From positions 32,001-96,000 of the forward strand of contig JBGSMD010000039.1 in the NCBI GenBank assembly GCA_041740355.1: DNA of 64,000 nt, given 5' to 3'. The first letter of the stretch is position 1, and every line of letters begins with the position of its first letter. The DNA comes from Bdellovibrionota bacterium. Its GTDB lineage: Bacteria; Bdellovibrionota_C; UBA2361; CALJRW01. A program made the translations under genes and the position numbers. The notes below the pieces were generated by a model. It worked only from the letters and a program-made list of their open reading frames with translations, was not told the DNA's origin and did no database searches. Of the stretch, positions 22,020-33,353 are shown in pieces.

Positions 22020-23825
22020 CTATTCCTCATTCAACCTTAAAACAGCTAGAAATGCCTCCTGCGGAATCTCCACTTTACCGACACTCTTCATCCGTTTTTT
22101 ACCTTTTTTCTGCTTGTCCAACAATTTACGCTTTCGACTAATGTCACCGCCATAGCACTTTGCTGTTACATTTTTACGTAATGCTTTAACCGTACTTCGA
22201 GCAATAATCTTAGCTCCGATGGCAGCTTGGATTGCAACATCAAACATCTGTCGATCAATAATTTCTTCCAATTTTTCAGTAAGAATTTTTCCTCGGTGAA
22301 ATGCTTGATCCCGGTGAATAATAATTGATAAGGCATCAACATTTTCCCCATTAAGCTTAATATCAAGCTTAACAAGATTATCTTGGCGATAGCTCTTAAC
22401 TTCATAATCAAATGAAGCATAACCACGAGTTCGACTCTTAACACGATCATGAAAATCTAAGATTACTTCACTAAGTGGTAATTCATAAACTAAAACAGCA
22501 CGAGTCTCACCAAAAAAATCCATACTAATTTGAATTCCACGCTTTTCTTCGCAGAGTTTAATTAGATTACCTAAATATTCCTTAGGCGAGTGAATTGTAA
22601 CATGAGCAATAGGTTCTTCAATAAAATCAATATCTCCTGGATCGGGCATCTTAATCGGAGTATCGACATTAATGACTGTTCCGTCATTATGTCTTACTCG
22701 GTAAACAACACTTGGCGCCGTTGTAATTAGATCTAATAAAAATTCACGCTCTAATCGCTCTTGAATAATTTCCATGTGCAAGAGTCCGAGATATCCACAA
22801 CGAAAACCAAATCCTAAAGCAACAGAACTCTCTGGTTCAAAAGTAAAAGAGGCATCATTTAAACTAAGTTTTTCAAGCGCCGTTCTTAAGCTTTCATAAT
22901 CAGCAGCATCAATCGGAAAAAGTCCACCAAAAACCATTGGCTTAACTTCTTTATATCCAGGTAATGCTTCCACTTCAGCTTTTGCAAATGTAACGGTGTC
23001 TCCAATCTTTACATCATGTAGATCTTTGATTGAGGCTGATAAGTAACCAACTTCGCCGGAAGATAGACTAGCAACTTCTTTAGCATGCGGAGTGAACATC
23101 CCAAGTTTATAAACTTCGTATTCCGCACCGGTTTGAATAAATTTAATTTTATCACCCTTTTTGATTGCCCCATCAAAAACTCGTACTTGAATTAAGACAC
23201 CAAGATAGGAATCAAACCATGAATCATAAACTAGAGCTCTTAGTGGTGCATTAACATCCCCTCGAGTTGGAGGTGGGACTCTTTTAACAATAGCTTCCAA
23301 CATTTCTTCAATCCCGATTCCAGTTTTACCACTTACATGTAGGGCTTCACTGGCATCGATTCCGATCACATTCTCAATTTCTTCAGCAACACGATCAGGA
23401 TCCGCACTATTTAAATCAATTTTGTTAAGTGCTGGAATAATTTCTAAATTATTATCAATTGCTAAGTAAACATTGGCCAAAGTTTGCGCTTCTACACCTT
23501 GAGTAGCATCAACAACTAACAATGCTCCCTCACAGGCAGAGAGACTTCGGGAAACTTCATAACTAAAATCAACGTGCCCAGGAGTATCAATTAAGTTCAA
23601 ACGGTAAGTAATTCCATCTTTCGCTGGATAATTAATACAAACTGTTTGAGCTTTAATAGTAATCCCACGCTCTCTCTCAATATCCATTTTATCTAAAAAT
23701 TGAGATTGCATTTCCCTAGAAGTTAGCGCTTTGGTAAATTCCAAAATTCGATCAGCGAGTGTCGACTTACCATGGTCGATGTGGGCTATGATACTGAAGT
23801 TACGTATTAGTGATTTATTGTACAT
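22020..23825 (-). CDS. lepA: Elongation factor 4 (LepA)
   Basis: [42 protein letters not shown]. Confidence 0.98.
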   Translation of the reverse strand: MYNKSLIRNFSIIAHIDHGKSTLADRILEFTKALTSREMQSQFLDKMDIERERGITIKAQTVCINYPAKDGITYRLNLIDTPGHVDFSYEVSRSLSACEGALLVVDATQGVEAQTLANVYLAIDNNLEIIPALNKIDLNSADPDRVAEEIENVIGIDASEALHVSGKTGIGIEEMLEAIVKRVPPPTRGDVNAPLRALVYDSWFDSYLGVLIQVRVFDGAIKKGDKIKFIQTGAEYEVYKLGMFTPHAKEVASLSSGEVGYLSASIKDLHDVKIGDTVTFAKAEVEALPGYKEVKPMVFGGLFPIDAADYESLRTALEKLSLNDASFTFEPESSVALGFGFRCGYLGLLHMEIIQERLEREFLLDLITTAPSVVYRVRHNDGTVINVDTPIKMPDPGDIDFIEEPIAHVTIHSPKEYLGNLIKLCEEKRGIQISMDFFGETRAVLVYELPLSEVILDFHDRVKSRTRGYASFDYEVKSYRQDNLVKLDIKLNGENVDALSIIIHRDQAFHRGKILTEKLEEIIDRQMFDVAIQAAIGAKIIARSTVKALRKNVTAKCYGGDISRKRKLLDKQKKGKKRMKSVGKVEIPQEAFLAVLRLNEE

Positions 23826-23829
23826 ACTA

Positions 23830-23931
23830 CTAGGAAAAAAATGCTGTTTGCTCGTTTAAGCGTTTGAAATTTTTACAAAAAATTTCATCGGCAATGATAC
23901 TGAAGTTACGAATGAGACTCTTATTATACAT
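23830..23931 (-). other. 33-codon ORF that starts with a recoded copy of the first 14 LepA codons (att-like duplication)
   Basis: Translates [33 protein letters not shown]; 17-bp identity between 23894-23910 and 23788-23804. Confidence 0.8.
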
Positions 23932-24015
23932 ATGGGTACAAAACTATATTCTTGGCATTTAAAGCATTTCAAGTTAACGAGTGCGAAATGATATCACAAC
24001 TAGTAATTTAGTGTA

Positions 24016-24133
24016 AGCTTTCAAGTTTATTCGAGTTCTAGGAAGAAGGTTCTTCTCAAGCGCAGCTGTACTTGGAGTACAGCGAGCATTGAGAGGGTTC
24101 TTCTGACGTCGAAATCGGATAAAATTGAAAGCT
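24016..24133. repeat. ~118-bp TA-flanked palindromic element (family E)
   Basis: AGCTTTCAAGTTTATTCGA...TCGGATAAAATTGAAAGCT with core GCGCAGCTGTACTTGGAGTACAGCGAGCA. Confidence 0.75.
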
Positions 24134-25053
24134 TACTGATGACTGGCAAACCACTGATAAGTGTCTTGAAGTCCGGAGGCTAAATCTAATTTTGGAGACC
24201 AGCCCAGTAATTCTTTAGCTCTTGTGGAGGTAATTACACTGCGTTCCTGATCCCCTGCTCTTTGAGGCCCATAACTGGCTGGAATATTAAAGTTACCAGC
24301 TTTTATAATTTGCTGGTAAAGTTCATTTACTGAAGTTTCAATTCCAGTGCCAATATTGAAAGTATTAGTTATCCGTTGCTCTATAACAGATTCAATTGCC
24401 GAAACAACATCTAAGACATTCACATAATCTCTAGTAAATTTACCTGTGCCATTTATTGTTGGAATTTCACCACTAAGTAACTTCTTCAAAAATATTGCTA
24501 CAACTCCAGCTTCACCATGAGGATTTTGTCGAGGTCCATAAACATTAGCTAAGCGCAAAACTGCATACTTGAGTCCATAAACTCTCTGCCAAAGTGCTAA
24601 GTATTGCTCCACCACTGCTTTTGACTGACCATAAACACTTGTTGGTCGTAAAGCATGATCTTCTGGTGCAGGAAAAACATCTTGTTCTCCATATAGAGCA
24701 CCACCAGTGGAAATAAAAACAAAGAAAGGAAAATTATGTTTATCTAAGGCATTCAGTAAGTTTACAGTACCTTGCACATTGACTTTCACATCATGCAAAG
24801 GATCTTTCATGCTATCACTTACGGACATCTGAGCAGCTGTGTGAATAATAATATCTGGCTTAAAATACTTTATGGTATGAGCCGCTTCGGCATCGCAAAT
24901 ATCTTGTTGGAAAAACTGTGCCCGATCAGACAAATTATCAAGTGACCCGCTAGACAGATCGTCAATCACTGCAACTTCAAAGTTTTTTGCAACTAAACGA
25001 TCCACTACATGCGAACCAATAAACCCTGCTCCTCCAGTAACTAATGCTCTCAT
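24133..25053 (-). CDS. UDP-glucose 4-epimerase-like SDR
   Basis: [38 protein letters not shown]. Confidence 0.85.
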   Translation of the reverse strand: MRALVTGGAGFIGSHVVDRLVAKNFEVAVIDDLSSGSLDNLSDRAQFFQQDICDAEAAHTIKYFKPDIIIHTAAQMSVSDSMKDPLHDVKVNVQGTVNLLNALDKHNFPFFVFISTGGALYGEQDVFPAPEDHALRPTSVYGQSKAVVEQYLALWQRVYGLKYAVLRLANVYGPRQNPHGEAGVVAIFLKKLLSGEIPTINGTGKFTRDYVNVLDVVSAIESVIEQRITNTFNIGTGIETSVNELYQQIIKAGNFNIPASYGPQRAGDQERSVITSTRAKELLGWSPKLDLASGLQDTYQWFASHQ

Positions 25054-25982
25054 TACATTCTTGCTTTAAAATCACTAATTGTTTTGCCTAATCCGGTTTC
25101 TAAATTAATAACTGGCTCCCAAGCAAGTTCACTCTTAGCTAAACTAATATCAGGCTTACGACGCATTGGGTCATTCACTCGAAAATCTTGATAAACAAGT
25201 TCGGACTTGCTTTCGGTCATAGCAATTACTTGCTGAGCTAATTCTAAAATAGTCATCTCCTTAGGATTTCCTAAATTCACAGGTCCACTAAAACCATCTT
25301 TATTCATCGTCGCAATAATTCCATTTACTAAATCACTACAGTAACAAAAAGACCTAGTCTGCGATCCATCACCATGAATTTCAATTTTTTCATTATTAAG
25401 CGCTTTCACAATAAAATTAGAAACTACTCGACCATCATCAAATAACATCCGTGGACCATAAGTATTAAAAATACGAATAATTTTGGCATCTACACCATTA
25501 TGAATTCGGTAATCATTAGTTAATGTTTCCGCCACACGCTTCCCTTCATCATAACAACTTCTTGGACCAACTGTATTTACATTTCCATAATATGATTCAC
25601 GTTGAGGGTGCTCTAGCGGATCGCCATAAACTTCAGAGGTCGAAGCCATTAAAAATTTTGCGCCAACGCGCTTGGCAAGTCCCAACATATTGATCGTCCC
25701 AATTACACTAGTTTTAATAGTCTTAATTGGGTTGTATTGATAATGAACAGGTGATGCTGGACAGGCCATGTGATAAATCTCATCAACTTCTAGCAAAATT
25801 GGCAATGTTACATCATGACGAATAAATTCAAATTTAGAGCTTTTTTCAGCATCAACTAAATTTATTTTTCTTCCCGTAAATAGGTTATCCAAAGCTAGTA
25901 CTTCATGACCTTGCGATAAAAGCTGATCACATAAGTGTGAACCAATAAAACCGGCTCCACCGGTAACTAGTATTCTTGACAT
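25053..25982 (-). CDS. uxs: UDP-glucuronate decarboxylase (UDP-xylose synthase)
   Basis: [46 protein letters not shown]. Confidence 0.92.
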   Translation of the reverse strand: MSRILVTGGAGFIGSHLCDQLLSQGHEVLALDNLFTGRKINLVDAEKSSKFEFIRHDVTLPILLEVDEIYHMACPASPVHYQYNPIKTIKTSVIGTINMLGLAKRVGAKFLMASTSEVYGDPLEHPQRESYYGNVNTVGPRSCYDEGKRVAETLTNDYRIHNGVDAKIIRIFNTYGPRMLFDDGRVVSNFIVKALNNEKIEIHGDGSQTRSFCYCSDLVNGIIATMNKDGFSGPVNLGNPKEMTILELAQQVIAMTESKSELVYQDFRVNDPMRRKPDISLAKSELAWEPVINLETGLGKTISDFKARM

Positions 25983-25986
25983 TGAA

Positions 25987-27312
25987 TTAAACTCCTAAAA
26001 CTGTTGCGCGACCGATAGAATGATATGTTAAACCAAAATTGGCAACCATCTCGGGATCAAATAAATTTCTGCCGTCAAACATCACTTTGTCTTTAACCTT
26101 ACTTGCTATTATCTTAAAATCCGGATTACGAAATTCGTTCCATTCAGTACATACAATTAAGGCATCAACATTTTCTAATGCTTGATAACTTTGCTCAAAA
26201 TAGCTGATGGCATCGTTTTGCCCAAAGTATTCAGGGAATGTTTTTAGTGCTTCCGGATCGTATGCTTGAATCTTAGCTCCACGACCAATAAGTTCACGAC
26301 AAATTGTTTGGGCAGGAGCTTCTCGCACATCATCTGTCTGTGGTTTGAAAGCTAAGCCCCAAACAGCGAATGTCTTGCCACAGATTTTTTCATTACCATA
26401 GTGACTTAAGATTTTTTTAATAATCAACTGCTTTTGTAAATAATTCACATCCTCCACCGCCGTAGCAATTTTAAGATCCACTCCATTATCCTTAGCAGTT
26501 CTAACTAAAGCCTGAACATCTTTTGGAAAACAAGAGCCCCCGTAACCAATACCTGGAAAAAGAAAGCTCATCCCAATTCGAGCATCTGTTCCCATGCCAA
26601 GTCTAACTTTAGTAACATCAGCGCCAACTTTTTCGCAAAGCAGAGAAATCTCATTCATAAATGAGATTCGCGTTGCTAACATGGCATTGGCGGCATACTT
26701 AGTCATTTCAGCGGAAGCAACATCCATGAAAATTATTGGATTGTTAGTTCTAACAAAAGGAGCATAAAGCTCTTTCATGATTTTAGTAGCTCGCTCACTT
26801 TCCACGCCGACTACAACTCGGTCAGGCTTTAAAAAATCATCAAGTGCAGCTCCTTCCTTAAGAAACTCAGGATTAGAGACAACATCAAATTCTTGATCAC
26901 TGTATTCCGCAATTACAGCTTTAACTTTGGCCGCAGTTCCAACTGGTACCGTTGATTTATCAACAATAACTTTATATCCATTAAGATTCTTCCCAATTCC
27001 TTCCGCAACTTTTAGAACATGTTGTAAATCAGCCGCACCATCTTCATCTTGTGGCGTACCAACAGCGACAAATATTACGGTAGAATCTTCAACGCCTTTT
27101 TTTAGATTACTTGTAAAAGTTAAACGCTTTTTACCAATATTCCTAGCTAATAAATCACTTAGTCCTGGCTCATAAATTGGACATTCGCCATTATTCAATT
27201 TGGCAATTTTATCTTCATTGATATCAACACCGATAACCTGATTACCATGCTCCGCAAAACAAGCAGCAGCGACTAAACCAACATATCCACTTCCGATAAC
27301 ACAAATATTCAC
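25987..27312 (-). CDS. ugd: UDP-glucose 6-dehydrogenase
   Basis: [32 protein letters not shown]; probable GTG start at 27312. Confidence 0.93.
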   Translation of the reverse strand: MNICVIGSGYVGLVAAACFAEHGNQVIGVDINEDKIAKLNNGECPIYEPGLSDLLARNIGKKRLTFTSNLKKGVEDSTVIFVAVGTPQDEDGAADLQHVLKVAEGIGKNLNGYKVIVDKSTVPVGTAAKVKAVIAEYSDQEFDVVSNPEFLKEGAALDDFLKPDRVVVGVESERATKIMKELYAPFVRTNNPIIFMDVASAEMTKYAANAMLATRISFMNEISLLCEKVGADVTKVRLGMGTDARIGMSFLFPGIGYGGSCFPKDVQALVRTAKDNGVDLKIATAVEDVNYLQKQLIIKKILSHYGNEKICGKTFAVWGLAFKPQTDDVREAPAQTICRELIGRGAKIQAYDPEALKTFPEYFGQNDAISYFEQSYQALENVDALIVCTEWNEFRNPDFKIIASKVKDKVMFDGRNLFDPEMVANFGLTYHSIGRATVLGV

Positions 27313-27594
27313 GGGCCCCCCAAAGTAGTTCGAATAAATCAGCAAAATCAATCGCTTACTGATTTTTTCTAAACCGTAATAAATCTTTGTTAATTTATTA
27401 CACTTTTTTACAGATAGTGGCTAGTAGTCTGCTTTTTTGTCTTTGACTGCTAATTATTGGTTTTTCTAGCATATCTCAATTTAGTTTATTCCCCATTTTT
27501 TAAATTTTAAGAACAACTAAAAGCCACTATTTTCGATTCACAAGTGCAAATTAAGTAACTCCATTATTGAATAATAGATACGGAATAAACTATA

Positions 27595-27948
27595 ATGAAA
27601 TTTAAAGAGATGATAAAGCTAATTGAAGCAGATGGTTGGATTTTAGTAAGAACAAAAGGTAGTCATCAGCAATTTAAACATCCAGTTAAAAATGGAATTG
27701 TGACTGTTGCTGGTAAAGGTATTTCCGAGATTGCACCAGGAACATTATAGTGAGTCCAAAAAATAAATTACTTTAAAAGACTATCGACTTTGCTTGGACT
27801 CACTATTTATGTTGTTTTTAGCTATGCAAACTTGGATAAAACCAAGATTTGCATTAGCCGTAATGACTCTGTTCAATTTACTAACGTAAATTGTCTTGTC
27901 TTTACTATAAACAGCATACTTAAACAAGCAGGACTGAAAAATGATTAA
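27595..27948 (+). pseudogene. hicA: HicA toxin gene interrupted by a MITE
   Basis: MKFKEMIKLIEADGWILVRTKGSHQQFKHP..IAPGTL, then the insertion, then NSILKQAGLKND*; removing the element and one TA restores a 63-aa ORF. Confidence 0.92.
27748..27907 (+). mobile_element. MITE family A, copy 2 (160 bp, TA target duplication)
   Basis: Inserted in hicA codon TTA; TA at 27746-47 and 27908-09; ends are TAGT..ACTA. Confidence 0.92.
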
Positions 27949-28162
27949 AAAATATTTAGTAATTATTGAAGAAACAAACACCGGATATTCCGCTTATTGC
28001 CCTGATTTACCAGGATGCATTGCCACTGGAAAGACTAATCGAGAAGTTGAAAAAAACATGACCGAAGCAATTGAATTTCATTTAAAAGGTTTAATAAACA
28101 ATGGTTTCAGAATTCCTATACCTAAGAGTTACTCAACCTATCATGAAGTTAAAGCAGCCTAA
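27941..28162 (+). CDS. hicB: HicB-family antitoxin (short form)
   Basis: YLVIIEE...YSAYCPDLPGCIATGKT..E...AIEFHL; overlaps the hicA end. Confidence 0.9.
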   Translation: MIKKYLVIIEETNTGYSAYCPDLPGCIATGKTNREVEKNMTEAIEFHLKGLINNGFRIPIPKSYSTYHEVKAA

Positions 28163-28180
28163 AATCAAATGACCTAATCA

Positions 28181-29584
28181 CTAATAAGCATTTTTATTGA
28201 TTAGACCCTTAAAAAAGGTCATGAGTAAAATCTTAATATCAAAAAATAGCGACCAATTGGTAATGTAGTAGAGATCAAATTCTATCCGCTTATCAATGGA
28301 AGTGTTGCCTCTCCAACCATTAACTTGTGCCCATCCAGTGATTCCCGCAGGAACTTTATGACGAAGCATATAATTAGGAATCTTATGGCGAAAATCCGAG
28401 ATATAAACTGGACGTTCCGGCCTTGGCCCAACTAAGGACATGTCCCCTCGAAAAACGTTAAACAACTGAGGAAATTCATCCAAACTAGTAGAACGTAAAA
28501 TTTTACCGATCCAAGTTACTCGACAATCGTTTTTTGTTGTCCAGCCAGGACCTTCCTGTTCGGCATCAAACGTCATGGTCCTAAATTTATAAATATTGAA
28601 GGTCTTGCCATCAAGACTAGCTCGCTCTTGCTTGTAAAATACGGGACCACGAGAAGAATATTTAACTATAATAGCAATAAGCAAAAATAGCGGAGAAAGT
28701 ATAAGTAAACCAATAAATGAAGAAACTAGATCAAAGAATCTTTTTGCTTGAAGATTAATCCCATTTAAAGGTGAATCTTGAATGTTAATAACAGGCAAAC
28801 CTTCAAACTCTTCAATTGACCCACCGACGCTAACAAAGCGATAAATGTCCGGAATAATTTTAATATCCACTAAAGAATCACCAGTTCGTTCTAATATCTC
28901 AGTAAGCAAATAATGATCTTCTAGTGGTAGTGCTATCACGATTTGATCAATTGCTTTCTCTTCCAAGAGGCGATCTAAATCATAGTAAGAACCTAAAACA
29001 GGCATCCCCCACGGTCCCTTTTCCTCAGTCCCAGTTTTAGATATACATCCAATTAATTGAATTCCTAGCTCACGGTGCAACCTAACTCGACTAGCAATAT
29101 CAGCTGCTACCTGACCAGCACCTACAATTAACATGTAACGTAAGTTGTAGCCTTTACGGCGAACTTCTCGCAGGAAAAACCTTAAGAATAATCTTTCTGC
29201 AATTGAAAAAATTGTTGCTGCGACCCCAAAGTAAATAAAAACTAACCTAGAAAAGGCAATTTCCTTTTCTTTTAATAAAAATGTTAGTGCTATTAAAATC
29301 AATACTGCAACTAAATTGGCATTAATCAACAACAGTATTTCTTTTGTGCGACGAACACCCCGCATCGGCTTATACAGTCCGGTTCGTTTATATACCGTTG
29401 CCCAAATTACCCAAATATATACCATCATGAATAAATATTCAGTGAAGGATGGTAATCCATAATATACTGGGACCCAGCCACTATGGAAGCGGAGCCAAAA
29501 AGCAAAAATCCACGCGATGCTAATGACGATCAAATCGGCAATTACATAAAGGATCTCAAAAAATTGTCTTTTTTGCTTAAGCAT
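28181..29584 (-). CDS. Undecaprenyl-phosphate glucose phosphotransferase (WcaJ-like)
   Basis: N-terminal TM helices; KFRTM, LRSTSLDEFPQLFNVFRGDMSLVGPRPERP, GITGWAQVNGWRG. Confidence 0.9.
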   Translation of the reverse strand: MLKQKRQFFEILYVIADLIVISIAWIFAFWLRFHSGWVPVYYGLPSFTEYLFMMVYIWVIWATVYKRTGLYKPMRGVRRTKEILLLINANLVAVLILIALTFLLKEKEIAFSRLVFIYFGVAATIFSIAERLFLRFFLREVRRKGYNLRYMLIVGAGQVAADIASRVRLHRELGIQLIGCISKTGTEEKGPWGMPVLGSYYDLDRLLEEKAIDQIVIALPLEDHYLLTEILERTGDSLVDIKIIPDIYRFVSVGGSIEEFEGLPVINIQDSPLNGINLQAKRFFDLVSSFIGLLILSPLFLLIAIIVKYSSRGPVFYKQERASLDGKTFNIYKFRTMTFDAEQEGPGWTTKNDCRVTWIGKILRSTSLDEFPQLFNVFRGDMSLVGPRPERPVYISDFRHKIPNYMLRHKVPAGITGWAQVNGWRGNTSIDKRIEFDLYYITNWSLFFDIKILLMTFFKGLINKNAY

Positions 29585-29595
29585 TAATAGTGATT

Positions 29596-30750
29596 TTATC
29601 GTTTTGTGCTGAGATGTCCAGACTCAATTAAAGTTTTAATTAGAGCATACCAACTAGTTCTAAAATGTTCTAAGTCAAACTTTTTGGCTTGTAAGCGACA
29701 ATCTTCTGCTAGAAATGATTCTTCCTGGCTAATAAAACATTTAACACCTTCGTTTATTTCATAAACTAGATTTTCATATTTATAACGAAAGAAAACACCT
29801 GTGCGCTGTCCACATTGGTCTGAGATATCTTCCCAATATTTAAGATTTTCTAAACTTTCTCTTAAGGCGCCAGTGTAAGGGGCAATAACTGGTAAACCAC
29901 AAGCTAAACTTTCCACAGGTATTAAACCAAAATCTTCTTTAGCAGCAAAGATTAAAGCTCGTGATTGCTGATAGAGTTCCGCCAATTGCTTGTCACTTAC
30001 TTTTCCCAGAAATTTGATATTAGCTTTGCTGATACTTTGCAATTTTTCCCTCTGAGGACCAGTACCAGCAATTACCAAAGGAAGACCGTTCAAATTAAAT
30101 GCTTCCACAATTTGAGTCACATTTTTGTATGGGACCAAAGCACCCGCGTATAAAAAAGATTGATTCCGACGATTCTCATTGCTAAGTTCTGGCTCTAACC
30201 AAAAATCTTTAATAGGTGGATAAATTACAACCGAGGTTCTCTTATAAAAACATCGAATGCGTGCGGCTACAAACCTACTAATTCCAACAAACTGAGTTAC
30301 TCCTTTGACACAATAGCGATCCCAAAAACGAAGTGTTAAAAGAATTGGCGCAAAAAAATAGCTAAGCCAGCCAAAGTAATTTAACATTTGATCCCAGGCA
30401 TAACGCATCGGCGTAAAACAATAGCAGACATGACAAGCTGGAGCTTTAACTAAAACATTTTTTGCCACGGCATGGTTTAGTGAAATGACTAAATCATATC
30501 CCTCAACTTTTAGATTACGAACAGCAAAAGGAAATAATGGTAATAGCCACCGATAAATCAGGGCGATGTACGGAATTTTATTTAAAAATGAAACTTGCTT
30601 AACCCGAGCATCAATTTGAGAATTTGTAGTCCCAGGAATATGAATTAGAGTAAAAATATCAGCTTCAGGGTAGAGATTAAGAAATTCCTCTAAGCAACGC
30701 TCCCCACCTCGCATCCCTGTTAACCAATCATGTACTAATGCTACTTTCAT
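29596..30750 (-). CDS. Glycosyltransferase family 4
   Basis: VALVHDWLTGMRGGE, EDFGLIPVESLACG. Confidence 0.9.
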   Translation of the reverse strand: MKVALVHDWLTGMRGGERCLEEFLNLYPEADIFTLIHIPGTTNSQIDARVKQVSFLNKIPYIALIYRWLLPLFPFAVRNLKVEGYDLVISLNHAVAKNVLVKAPACHVCYCFTPMRYAWDQMLNYFGWLSYFFAPILLTLRFWDRYCVKGVTQFVGISRFVAARIRCFYKRTSVVIYPPIKDFWLEPELSNENRRNQSFLYAGALVPYKNVTQIVEAFNLNGLPLVIAGTGPQREKLQSISKANIKFLGKVSDKQLAELYQQSRALIFAAKEDFGLIPVESLACGLPVIAPYTGALRESLENLKYWEDISDQCGQRTGVFFRYKYENLVYEINEGVKCFISQEESFLAEDCRLQAKKFDLEHFRTSWYALIKTLIESGHLSTKR

Positions 30751-31852
30751 TACTTAGGATTTTTCTATAATAATCTAGTAATTTATCAGATAAACTTAAA
30801 AGATCATAATTACTTAATTCATAACTATACTTCTTCCTACTATCCTGCTCATAGAATTTAAGAATTGCCTTTGCTAATGATTCCTGGCTAAAATCCACCG
30901 CAACGACATCTCCATTACCAATTAATTCTTGAATCGCTGGAATTGGACGAACAATCACTGGTGTGCCTTGGCTATGTGCTTGAAGAACTGGCAAAGAAAA
31001 CCCTTCCACTAACGAAGGGACTACTAAAGCTTCGGCTTGTGCCATTGTGCTTACTAATTCCGCATCAGATAAAGCACCTAAATTAATAATTTGCGGGTAA
31101 TCCCGTAATATTTTTTGGACATGAGGATTTGTAACTTTTTCTAGCTCCTTACCCACTAGTACCAAATAAAAATCCTTAGGGATTTGCTGCTTGAGAATTA
31201 ACTGACTAAATACTTTTAATAAATCAAGACAACCTTTATGAGGTTTTAAATTAGAGAAAAGTGCCATGATAAATTTCTTGGCTTCGATTCGTGGATTTTT
31301 AATCGTCGAAACTTCTTTACTGGACTCCCTGAAATTTTGACTAATTACATTTGGAATAATAGTTAGCTTATTGGCTACAAATTGATGGAAATATTTTTTA
31401 ATGATTCCGGCAGATGACTTACTAACAGTTAAAACTCCAGTAGCCTGCTTAATTGAATTTCCAATAATTAGTTTGGCTATAAGTGGATAATAAAACTTTT
31501 CAGGATGAGTGATTTGAATTAGATCGTGGATTGTAATCACGCTGGGGATCGGCAAATTACGCGGTATTGTTATGAATGGCGTATGATAAAGATCAAATTC
31601 TGTAAAATCTATTCTTTTGGTAAGATTAAAATACTCGTCTAAGGAAAGTACTTTTGCCAAATCTTCTTTCCAGTCCACCAAATTTAACCAAGAAAAATTT
31701 TCAGCTAAGATTTTATTTTTTTGATGAGGATTAATTAACAAGCAAAGTTTAAATTCAGTGCTTCGCGCAAGTGCTTCGATTAAATTTCGGGTATAAACTC
31801 CAATACCACCATCAAATATCTTACGAGCATCAAGTATTAGTCGGATCGTCAC
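30728..31852 (-). CDS. Glycosyltransferase family 4
   Basis: DARKI..GGIGVY, ITIHDLI, PSLVEGFSLPVLQA. Confidence 0.85.
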   Translation of the reverse strand: MTIRLILDARKIFDGGIGVYTRNLIEALARSTEFKLCLLINPHQKNKILAENFSWLNLVDWKEDLAKVLSLDEYFNLTKRIDFTEFDLYHTPFITIPRNLPIPSVITIHDLIQITHPEKFYYPLIAKLIIGNSIKQATGVLTVSKSSAGIIKKYFHQFVANKLTIIPNVISQNFRESSKEVSTIKNPRIEAKKFIMALFSNLKPHKGCLDLLKVFSQLILKQQIPKDFYLVLVGKELEKVTNPHVQKILRDYPQIINLGALSDAELVSTMAQAEALVVPSLVEGFSLPVLQAHSQGTPVIVRPIPAIQELIGNGDVVAVDFSQESLAKAILKFYEQDSRKKYSYELSNYDLLSLSDKLLDYYRKILSNESSIST

Positions 31853-31855
31853 TCG

Positions 31856-32866
31856 TTATTTGATTGCAGCCTGTCTTGACCAAGTTGATTCAGCAGTCTG
31901 GCTAAGAACACTTTTCTTGCCAGGCTCAATAAATCTTCGAACTGAATAAATACTTTTATTCTGAGACTCATAATATGTTCGAGCTAATACTTCGGCTAAA
32001 AGCCCAAAAACTAGAAATTGCAGACCAATCAGCACGCACATTACACCTAGTGAGAATAACGGCCGGCCACCCATTGGCACATCAAAAACAAATCTCTGAA
32101 AAATTGTCCAAGTGATTGCTAACGCACCCAAAAATCCTGCTCCGAGTCCGAGACTACCGAAAAGGTGAATTGGTCGTTTAGCAAAACCTAAGAAAAATTT
32201 CACTGTGATTAAATCTAGAATCACACGAAGCGTTCTGGAGATTCCATACTTAGAAGTGCCAAATTGTCGAGCACGATGATTTACTGGAACTTCGGCAATC
32301 CTTGCTCCCATCTCTACGGCTAAGGCTGGTATGAAACGATGCATTTCCCCATAAAGCTTAATGCCTTTAGCAATTTCTGAAGTCATTGCTTTAAGACTAC
32401 AACCATAATCATGCAACTGCACATTTGTTAATTTTGATATTATGTAATTAGCAATCTTACTTGGCAACTTGCGGCTAAGCCATTTATCTTGACGGTGCTT
32501 TCTCCAACCAGCAACTAAGTCATAACCACCTTCTAATAATTTGTTTACTACAATTGGAATTCCAGAAGGATCGTTTTGAAGATCACCATCCATTGTTACA
32601 ACAACATCATACTGAGAATGTTCTAAACCAGCTGCCATCGCCGCTGTTTGTCCAAAATTACGACGAAATTCAATAATTCTAACATTGGCATCCGCTCCCA
32701 CAGCTTTTAGAAGATTTTTAATTGTTTGATCTCGAGATCCATCATCAACAAAAATTAGCTCATAATCACAATCCATTGAGCTCATAACCTGACTTAGCTC
32801 TTGATAAAGGGGCTGAACATTTAATTCTTCGTTATATAGTGGAACGACGACTGAAACTCCTCGCAT
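31856..32866 (-). CDS. Glycosyltransferase family 2 (polyprenol-phosphate GT, ArnC/GtrB-like)
   Basis: VVPLYNE, VDDGS, RNFGQTAA, MDGDLQNDP; two C-terminal TM helices. Confidence 0.9.
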   Translation of the reverse strand: MRGVSVVVPLYNEELNVQPLYQELSQVMSSMDCDYELIFVDDGSRDQTIKNLLKAVGADANVRIIEFRRNFGQTAAMAAGLEHSQYDVVVTMDGDLQNDPSGIPIVVNKLLEGGYDLVAGWRKHRQDKWLSRKLPSKIANYIISKLTNVQLHDYGCSLKAMTSEIAKGIKLYGEMHRFIPALAVEMGARIAEVPVNHRARQFGTSKYGISRTLRVILDLITVKFFLGFAKRPIHLFGSLGLGAGFLGALAITWTIFQRFVFDVPMGGRPLFSLGVMCVLIGLQFLVFGLLAEVLARTYYESQNKSIYSVRRFIEPGKKSVLSQTAESTWSRQAAIK

Positions 32867-33005
32867 CGGTTATTCTCCGTAAATGGTAGTAAAATCAATA
32901 GTGATTATTATAATTTCAGTAAGAATGTATCATAAAAAGTCACTTAAACCAAATATAGTAAGTAGTTCTAGCTATCTAAACCCTAAGATACATAGAATAC
33001 CATGA

Positions 33006-33320
33006 TTATTTAAAGAGCTCCGCCAATTGCTGGAGTGCTGTGTTTAATGTTTGAATTTTACCATCATCCGATGCCAAATCTTCAAGATCTTTCTTCCACG
33101 CCTCCCCCGCTGCCTTAATTAGTGAGACCTGTGCTTTTGAAATCCGAGCTTCCTCTGATGAATTAGGACCACATAAATCTAATAGTGGTAAAAACTCCCC
33201 CACCGGTTTTGATTCCCGACTTAATTCTCCCATCTGAAAACGAACCGAATGATAAAGGGCACTCTTTGACCTTGGATCAACTTTAAAATATCGTGTATCT
33301 TGTAATGTTGGTTCTGCCAT
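33006..33320 (-). CDS. Hypothetical protein
   Basis: 104-aa ORF co-oriented within the glycosyltransferase run. Confidence 0.6.
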   Translation of the reverse strand: MAEPTLQDTRYFKVDPRSKSALYHSVRFQMGELSRESKPVGEFLPLLDLCGPNSSEEARISKAQVSLIKAAGEAWKKDLEDLASDDGKIQTLNTALQQLAELFK

Positions 33321-33353
33321 AAAATTACTGCTAAATAAAAACTTATTATAATC

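Noticed and set aside
23830-23931. lepA duplicate as a diversity-generating-retroelement template/variable pair
   Set aside because: Differences are synonymous and not adenine-specific, and no reverse transcriptase is present.
27781-27981. 66-aa minus-strand ORF
   Set aside because: It lies across the MITE and antisense to hicA/hicB, so it is not a transposase or a credible gene.
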